From IMG/VR virus record IMGVR_UViG_3300019378_000501: a DNA stretch of 64,000 bases, one strand, 5' to 3'. Under the pieces are notes generated by a model. The model was not told the origin of the DNA, ran no database searches, and was given only the letters and a program-made list of their open reading frames with translations. Position numbers and translations under genes: made by a program. This DNA is from an uncultured virus (IMG/VR IMGVR_UViG_3300019378_000501). Lineage: Duplodnaviria > Heunggongvirae > Uroviricota > Caudoviricetes. The stretch's first letter is position 1. Each line of letters opens with the position of its first letter. Of the stretch, positions 58,944-64,000 are shown piece after piece.

Positions 58944-58999
58944 AGCACGGCATTGTTATCAGGAAGGAGGAAGAAAATCATGCCCAACATGAAGTCTGA
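58823..58999 (+). CDS. Stand-alone NrdD C-terminal (glycyl radical) domain
   Basis: FERIRRITGYLVGTLDRWNNAKKAEERDRVKH. Confidence 0.75.
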   Translation: MDNKLGKGVRFERIRRITGYLVGTLDRWNNAKKAEERDRVKHGIVIRKEEENHAQHEV

Positions 59000-59415
59000 T
59001 GAATACTGGCGCGGTAAACCCGGAGCCAAGTACGGTATCTGGAACGATGTCAAAAAGGAGTTCCAGTTCGGTATTTGCGAGGACACGCCCGCGTTGGCAG
59101 AAGCTCGCCTCAGACAACGGATTGGCCGCGACAGCCACAAGTGGAGGTTCCAAGTTCGACGGTTGACCGGCGAGGCGCTACACCGAGCGATGGAGGCGGC
59201 GAATGAAAAGTGAACCGCAGCAGATCCCCGCAGCGAAAAGTTGTAAATGCGGTGAGCGCCCGGTTTACTTTACGTTTGACGATCCCGCCGGTGTTATTTT
59301 CCACCGCATGATGTGTCCGCGTTGCGGAAAGAAGGTAACGAGTTTATCAAAGATTAAAGCGATTTTTCGTTGGAACGAATACATAACGGAGGTGATGTCG
59401 TGGTTGGTGAAGAAA

Positions 59416-59612
59416 TGATTGAGCGCGAGGACAAGCGCCGTCGTCATGCGTTGACATTGGCGCAGGTCGAATGGGCTTACGAGAAATGGTGTTTGGGTTA
59501 TACCTTGGCTCAGATTGCCGAAGCCCTCCACGTCTCGTCCCGCACGGTATCGCGTGCGTTTGAATTGTTGGGCAAGCCACGAGTACGGCCCAAGCTGATT
59601 TATGGAGGCTAA
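59416..59612 (+). CDS. Small HTH protein
   Basis: YTLAQIAEALHVSSRTVSR; start approximate. Confidence 0.55.
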
Positions 59613-59615
59613 ATT

Positions 59616-59999
59616 ATGAGAGGCGTTGTATTTACAACCGATAACCAGATGTACGTCAAGGACTTCGGACGGCCCTTGTATGAAACCATCGGCAAAGAGG
59701 TCGACGGTTGGATCGAAGTCGTTCACCCTGTCGGGCTTAAAAGAGCGCCCAGCAAACTTTGTTTCGTCTGCAATGAAGAAGGTCTGTTGCGCGGTCTGCC
59801 TTTGAACGCGTTCGGCAGTGTGCTTTACGGCACGCAGCACCACGGACACCCTATTGTCGGTAACATCGTGTTTATGCGTGAGGGCATTGTGAACGGCGAG
59901 CCTGATTTTGTCGAGCTGACCGACACTGATATTCAGTGGATTAAAAAGTTGGCTCGTGACGTGTCCGGCGACCTGATCCGGGAAGTTGAAGCGAGGTGA
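59616..59999 (+). CDS. DUF3846-like protein
   Basis: VDGWIEVV, CNEEGLL.GLP.N, IVGNIVF. Confidence 0.7.
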   Translation: MRGVVFTTDNQMYVKDFGRPLYETIGKEVDGWIEVVHPVGLKRAPSKLCFVCNEEGLLRGLPLNAFGSVLYGTQHHGHPIVGNIVFMREGIVNGEPDFVELTDTDIQWIKKLARDVSGDLIREVEAR

Positions 60000-60005
60000 G
60001 ATCTC

Positions 60006-60329
60006 ATGCCTGAAATCGAATTGCAGCGATGCCCCAACTGCGGCGGCCCTGCGAAACTCCACACGAAACACGGAAAGTTCCGCTACGAGTGCGACGGCGA
60101 CTGTTGGACTTCCACCGGCCTGTATAGCGCGCAGGAGGGGGCCGCCCGTGAATGGAACCGACTGAAAGGGCGGGTGCCTGAACGGGATTGTCTGATGTGC
60201 AAGCACTCCATGTCCTGTGATTCTCCTGACGGCCCACAGTTGGTCTGCTTTTGTTGTGCTGGACACGAAGGTGAGGAAACGTATGTTGATGAACCCTGTG
60301 AGAATTATTCGGGAGCATGGTTCTTATGA
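60006..60329 (+). CDS. Lar-like (restriction alleviation) Zn-finger protein
   Basis: EL..CP.CGG.A...EC...C...A...WNR. Confidence 0.5.
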   Translation: MPEIELQRCPNCGGPAKLHTKHGKFRYECDGDCWTSTGLYSAQEGAAREWNRLKGRVPERDCLMCKHSMSCDSPDGPQLVCFCCAGHEGEETYVDEPCENYSGAWFL

Positions 60330-60440
60330 GCGACACCTAAAATCGAAAATCCGTAAGTTTAATCGCGTATTTTGAGAAAAAATCTCAAATTCGCGTAGTT
60401 AAAAACGAAAATACGCAAATTAGGAGGTATCTAAGAAACA

Positions 60441-60770
60441 ATGGGACTTAGCATTACGATCACTCGCCGGAAAGGGAAAAAGTGTCCTCATTGTGGTGAG
60501 CTGGTGGGGTATGAGGTGCTTGCGGATCTGATGGGTGGTGGCCGAAACTGGTATCCGATTTTAGAGCGTTTCGGCTACTATGTACCCTATGAGTCGCGCA
60601 CCGAAGAAAACGACTGGTATGGAAAAGACATGGTGTTGACCGCCGAACAAGCCGATGAACTGTACCGTTATTCTCAGCACCACGAGCTTTATTGTCAGGG
60701 CGGTCTTAGGTCGGTGATCGCTCAGGCGTTGCATGAGGGCGACCAGATCGTAATTAACGCGGATTGGTAG
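60441..60770 (+). CDS. Hypothetical protein
   Basis: AGGAGGT RBS; CPHCG. Confidence 0.6.
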   Translation: MGLSITITRRKGKKCPHCGELVGYEVLADLMGGGRNWYPILERFGYYVPYESRTEENDWYGKDMVLTAEQADELYRYSQHHELYCQGGLRSVIAQALHEGDQIVINADW

Positions 60771-61553
60771 GAGGTAAAACATGGCAGCACCAAATAACTC
60801 CCGATGCCCCCGATGTAAAGCAAGGCTCCGGGTCAGATCCGGGCAGTATGTAAGCTATACCTGCGGACGCTGCGGCTATTCCAAAACAGAGGAGCCGGAT
60901 AATATGACCAAAGAGTTTCTTTGGGGGCCGCTGTTCGAGACGAGGAGGATGAAACGTGGCAAGTGAAAAACCCTCCGTTCATATCGGAGATACTTTGTTC
61001 ATCATCGGAAAGTACAGTTATTCGCCGGACGAGGCCCCGTCAATCATAGAGGTGCAAGTGGCGTACGATCTCCATAAGCGGCATTTCGCCTATCCTAAAT
61101 CGGGTCGTGGCACATTCAGCTTTGCAACCGGCGACATGGGAAAAACGGTATTTACGAACCGCAAGGACGCAGAGCGCGTTTTAAGGAGGATTTTAGATGC
61201 GTCCGATTGATGGCAATGGTAGAAAGTACAAGCTGGAGGAATACGACCTCAAGGCTCTCCGGGAGGCACGGCAGCGAATTATGGTCGTTTACAACTACCA
61301 TTACGGCGCTCCCCGTGCGTCTGGTACGATCAAGCGGATCGAAACCATCCTTGCAAAAATCGATCGTTTGATAAAAGAAAGTGAGGATTAACCCGATGGC
61401 AAACAGATTCTATGCAAAAGGCGAGCTGAAAGACGAAAAAATCGTTGTAGCGCTCAAACGTGCTGCCAACGATTATGAAAACGGCGAGATTGCAGAGGTG
61501 CATGACCTGTTGTTGGAAATCGCCGCAGCTATCGAAGAATGGGAGGACGCGTA

Positions 61554-61922
61554 GTGATTTTTGAAAACGAATCAATACGAAGTCGTTTTACAGCGGCTTT
61601 CCCGAAGTTTTATATCAATCACAATTTGGAGGCGATTGTCCATCCGCGCAGAAATTCTTATTTCCTGCTGTCCGATGTGCGTACCGAAAAGGATCTGATC
61701 GCCAAAATCCTTGAATGGCTTTCCAGAGAGGCGGCCAAATCTATTACTAAAGAATCTCAAAAATATCACCTTGACGGGATCAATGCTTTTCTTGGTACTG
61801 ATTTTTCACAAGAGGACATGATGCAAATTTACACCTATCTTGGAAACAGGTGTAACCATGATAAGACGCTACACTTTATTGATAGCGGGTATGACCTGTC
61901 CGTATTGACGAAGGAGGCCTAA
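61554..61922 (+). CDS. Hypothetical phage protein
   Basis: KILEWLSR, IYTYLGN.CNH motif; start uncertain. Confidence 0.55.
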   Translation: MIFENESIRSRFTAAFPKFYINHNLEAIVHPRRNSYFLLSDVRTEKDLIAKILEWLSREAAKSITKESQKYHLDGINAFLGTDFSQEDMMQIYTYLGNRCNHDKTLHFIDSGYDLSVLTKEA

Positions 61923-61923
61923 C

Positions 61924-62253
61924 ATGGCTAAAGAAAAAACCGCAAAAGAGATCGTGCAGGCAGCGGCTCAGGAGCATCGCCGCAAGGCCAATGAGAACTG
62001 GGAGTATTACCAGACCACGGGCGTAGGTCGCTACGACACCGCCTATTACAAACACGATTCCATCGCTACGGCGCTGGAAAAGTATCTGGCTTCCGAACAG
62101 ATCCGGGAGGATGCGTCTGCGTTCAAAAACATCCTTGCGAATTTTGCAGCAGACGCAGCGGCTACCAAGGGCCTGCCCGATGCTGACCGCCTGAAAGCGC
62201 TGGACAAGCTGGCGCGGGAGCTGGTGTGGCGTGCAAAGATGGAGGGGATCTGA
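61924..62253 (+). CDS. Hypothetical protein
   Basis: AAGGAGG RBS. Confidence 0.6.
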   Translation: MAKEKTAKEIVQAAAQEHRRKANENWEYYQTTGVGRYDTAYYKHDSIATALEKYLASEQIREDASAFKNILANFAADAAATKGLPDADRLKALDKLARELVWRAKMEGI

Positions 62254-62671
62254 TGGAATGTAGAAACTGTCCGAACCTCAAGCATTGTCAAAGGCAGTGT
62301 ATGGATCTGCCCGCCGGGAAAACTTGCGGCGATTGTCGCTATGTGAATTGGTGTATGGTGGCTTACGGGGTCAAGCCCGAAAACACGTCCTGCGACTTTG
62401 AGCCGATTCGATTCAAACCGAAGGAGATGTAAAAAATAATGTTCGCATCGAAAAGAAAGCTGAGAGAAGAAAACACCCGGCTCAAATACCGGGTGGCTGA
62501 TCTGGAAGAACGGCTCTGCCCGTGTGAGAGCCACGCGTGGAAACACGTCGGCACTGACCTTGAGGGCGGCACAGGCAGGGGCGACGAACTGTCCATCTAT
62601 AACTACAGATGTCGTCGTTGCGGTAAAATGCTGCGGTCGATCCAGCCTTTCTTGGATCGGGAGGTTTCAGA

Positions 62672-63111
62672 ATGAATACAGCAGTAATGTTCAGCAGTAA
62701 GACCGACGATTGGGCTACGCCGCAGGAGTTTTTCGACGGCTTGAACCGGGAGTTCGGTTTCACCCTCGATCCTTGCGCCGACGACCGCAATCACAAATGC
62801 GCGAAGTATTACACCCGCGCGCAGGACGGTCTTTCGCAGGACTGGGGGGGGAACGTGTTTTCTGTAACCCGCCGTATGGCAAAGAAATTGGAGACTGGGT
62901 TCGCAAGTCTCTGGAAGAAAGCGCGAAACCGAACACCCTCGTTGTTATGCTTATTCCGGCAAGAACCGACACAAAGTATTTTCACGAGTACATATACGGA
63001 AAAGCGGAGATCCGATTTATCCGTGGTCGTCTCAAATTCGGCGGGCAAAAGAACGCGGCCCCGTTCCCGTCGATGGTCGTGATCTTTGGGGCCGGGAGAG
63101 CTACACAATGA
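62672..63111 (+). pseudogene. Phage N6-adenine methyltransferase (Dam-like), frameshifted at G8
   Basis: Frame A: DDWATPQ..F..L..EFGFTLDPCA...DGL.QDW; frame B: VFCNPPYG...LIPARTDT..FH...RGRLKF. Confidence 0.8.
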
Positions 63112-63365
63112 GCAGATACAAGATCCGTAGCGATGTAGAGTTTTACCCGCACACGAAGAAAAGGAAAAAACCCATCGCCGGTTCAACCGTTGCGACAAGC
63201 CTTTTCCTTGTGGCGGTACATGAGGATCACCCATCGTTCACCATCGCCCAGCTCAGGGAGCTGCTGACAGACAAGACGAAATACATCTTGGAGCCGGATG
63301 CAGTTGCCGTTCTGGACGCGTATATCAAAATTGGCGAAAGCAATATTATTCCAAATTGGAGGTAA
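63108..63365 (+). CDS. Hypothetical protein
   Basis: ATGA-coupled ORF. Confidence 0.55.
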   Translation: MSRYKIRSDVEFYPHTKKRKKPIAGSTVATSLFLVAVHEDHPSFTIAQLRELLTDKTKYILEPDAVAVLDAYIKIGESNIIPNWR

Positions 63366-63369
63366 AATT

Positions 63370-64000
63370 ATGTTTGAAGTAATCGAGAAAGCAACCGGCA
63401 AGCGCCTGAACGTCTACGCGGTAGACGGCGACCATTTTGTTGTCGGCACGGACGACGGCTTTGAGTTCCAGCCCATGGCCCTGTTCGCGCCTGTCACGGC
63501 CCTCAGCGGGGTCGAAGCGCCTACTAAGGTGCAGGATTGCCCCTGTACTGTTTCCGTCACTGAGAGCCGTTCTGCGGATCTGGACGCGGCCCTCACCGAT
63601 CTTGCGTCCGGCAAGGTTCCTGTTGTGTTGGGCAACACCGTTTCCACTCGCCTGCTGGACGGTACGGAAGTGGATCTCGTCGTGACTGACTTCGATGAAA
63701 AGACGATCCGGCTTGAGAGCCGTGATTGCTTGGGGGTCAACACCTCTGCGAATGACCTCAAGGCGTATCTGGACAGAGTGTACGCGCTGCTGCCTGAGGC
63801 CCTGAAAAAGCGCATCGTGGAAGTTGAGCGCGTCCATCTGGACTATAAGGGTAAGAAGTTTACCGACCGCTGTAAACTGTTCGTGCCTGCGGCCTCTGAG
63901 GTATTTCCTCCTGACGATTGCTACGGTGACAAGGGCCTGTACGAGCAGATGGAGTGGTACAAGGACGTACATAACCGTATGCGGGCTGACAGCAAGCGGG
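63370..64000 (+). CDS. DUF6273-like protein, truncated by window end
   Basis: Own translation, open to the end: MFEVIEK...LLPEALKKRI...KLFVPAASEVF...EQMEWYKDVHNRMRADSKR; GGAGGT RBS. Confidence 0.75.
   Translation, partial: MFEVIEKATGKRLNVYAVDGDHFVVGTDDGFEFQPMALFAPVTALSGVEAPTKVQDCPCTVSVTESRSADLDAALTDLASGKVPVVLGNTVSTRLLDGTEVDLVVTDFDEKTIRLESRDCLGVNTSANDLKAYLDRVYALLPEALKKRIVEVERVHLDYKGKKFTDRCKLFVPAASEVFPPDDCYGDKGLYEQMEWYKDVHNRMRADSKR

Larger units (their letters stand above)
7735..64000. mobile_element. Temperate siphovirus-like prophage (left end approximate, right end beyond window)
   Basis: Integrase, repressor, replication, terminase, portal, capsid, tape measure and lysis genes in canonical order. 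Confidence 0.95.

Noticed and set aside
60340..60420. AT-rich gap with short repeats (CGAAAAT, TCGCGTA) and a small hairpin
   Set aside because: Too short and degenerate to support a specific function

Overview
Bases 1-~7.7 kb are Firmicutes (Clostridia-like) host chromosome: a BlaI/BlaR1-type pair, an AgrC/AgrA-like two-component pair and a Mn-catalase. From ~7.74 kb to the window end is an apparently intact temperate siphovirus-like prophage whose right end is not reached. Its order is serine integrase, repressor/cro, PolA-type replication module, nucleotide genes, primase-helicase, terminase, head, tail, lysis, then a second early-type operon. The clearest special system is a complete diversity-generating retroelement (VR in a tail/receptor-binding gene, avd, TR, RT): all 18 VR/TR mismatches fall at TR adenines. 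A paralog of the DGR target domain is cut off at the window end and may be a second target. Reading the DNA also showed: a type II hammerhead ribozyme; a 16-bp operator at four promoters; AGCTACACR at least 16 times on the + strand of the prophage; a duplicated ~120-bp origin-like element; tandem MGGRG-leader effector cassettes behind a DUF4417-like gene; a stand-alone NrdD glycyl-radical domain; and a Dam-type methylase split at a G8 tract. Protein family calls come from motif recognition by eye, not database searches.
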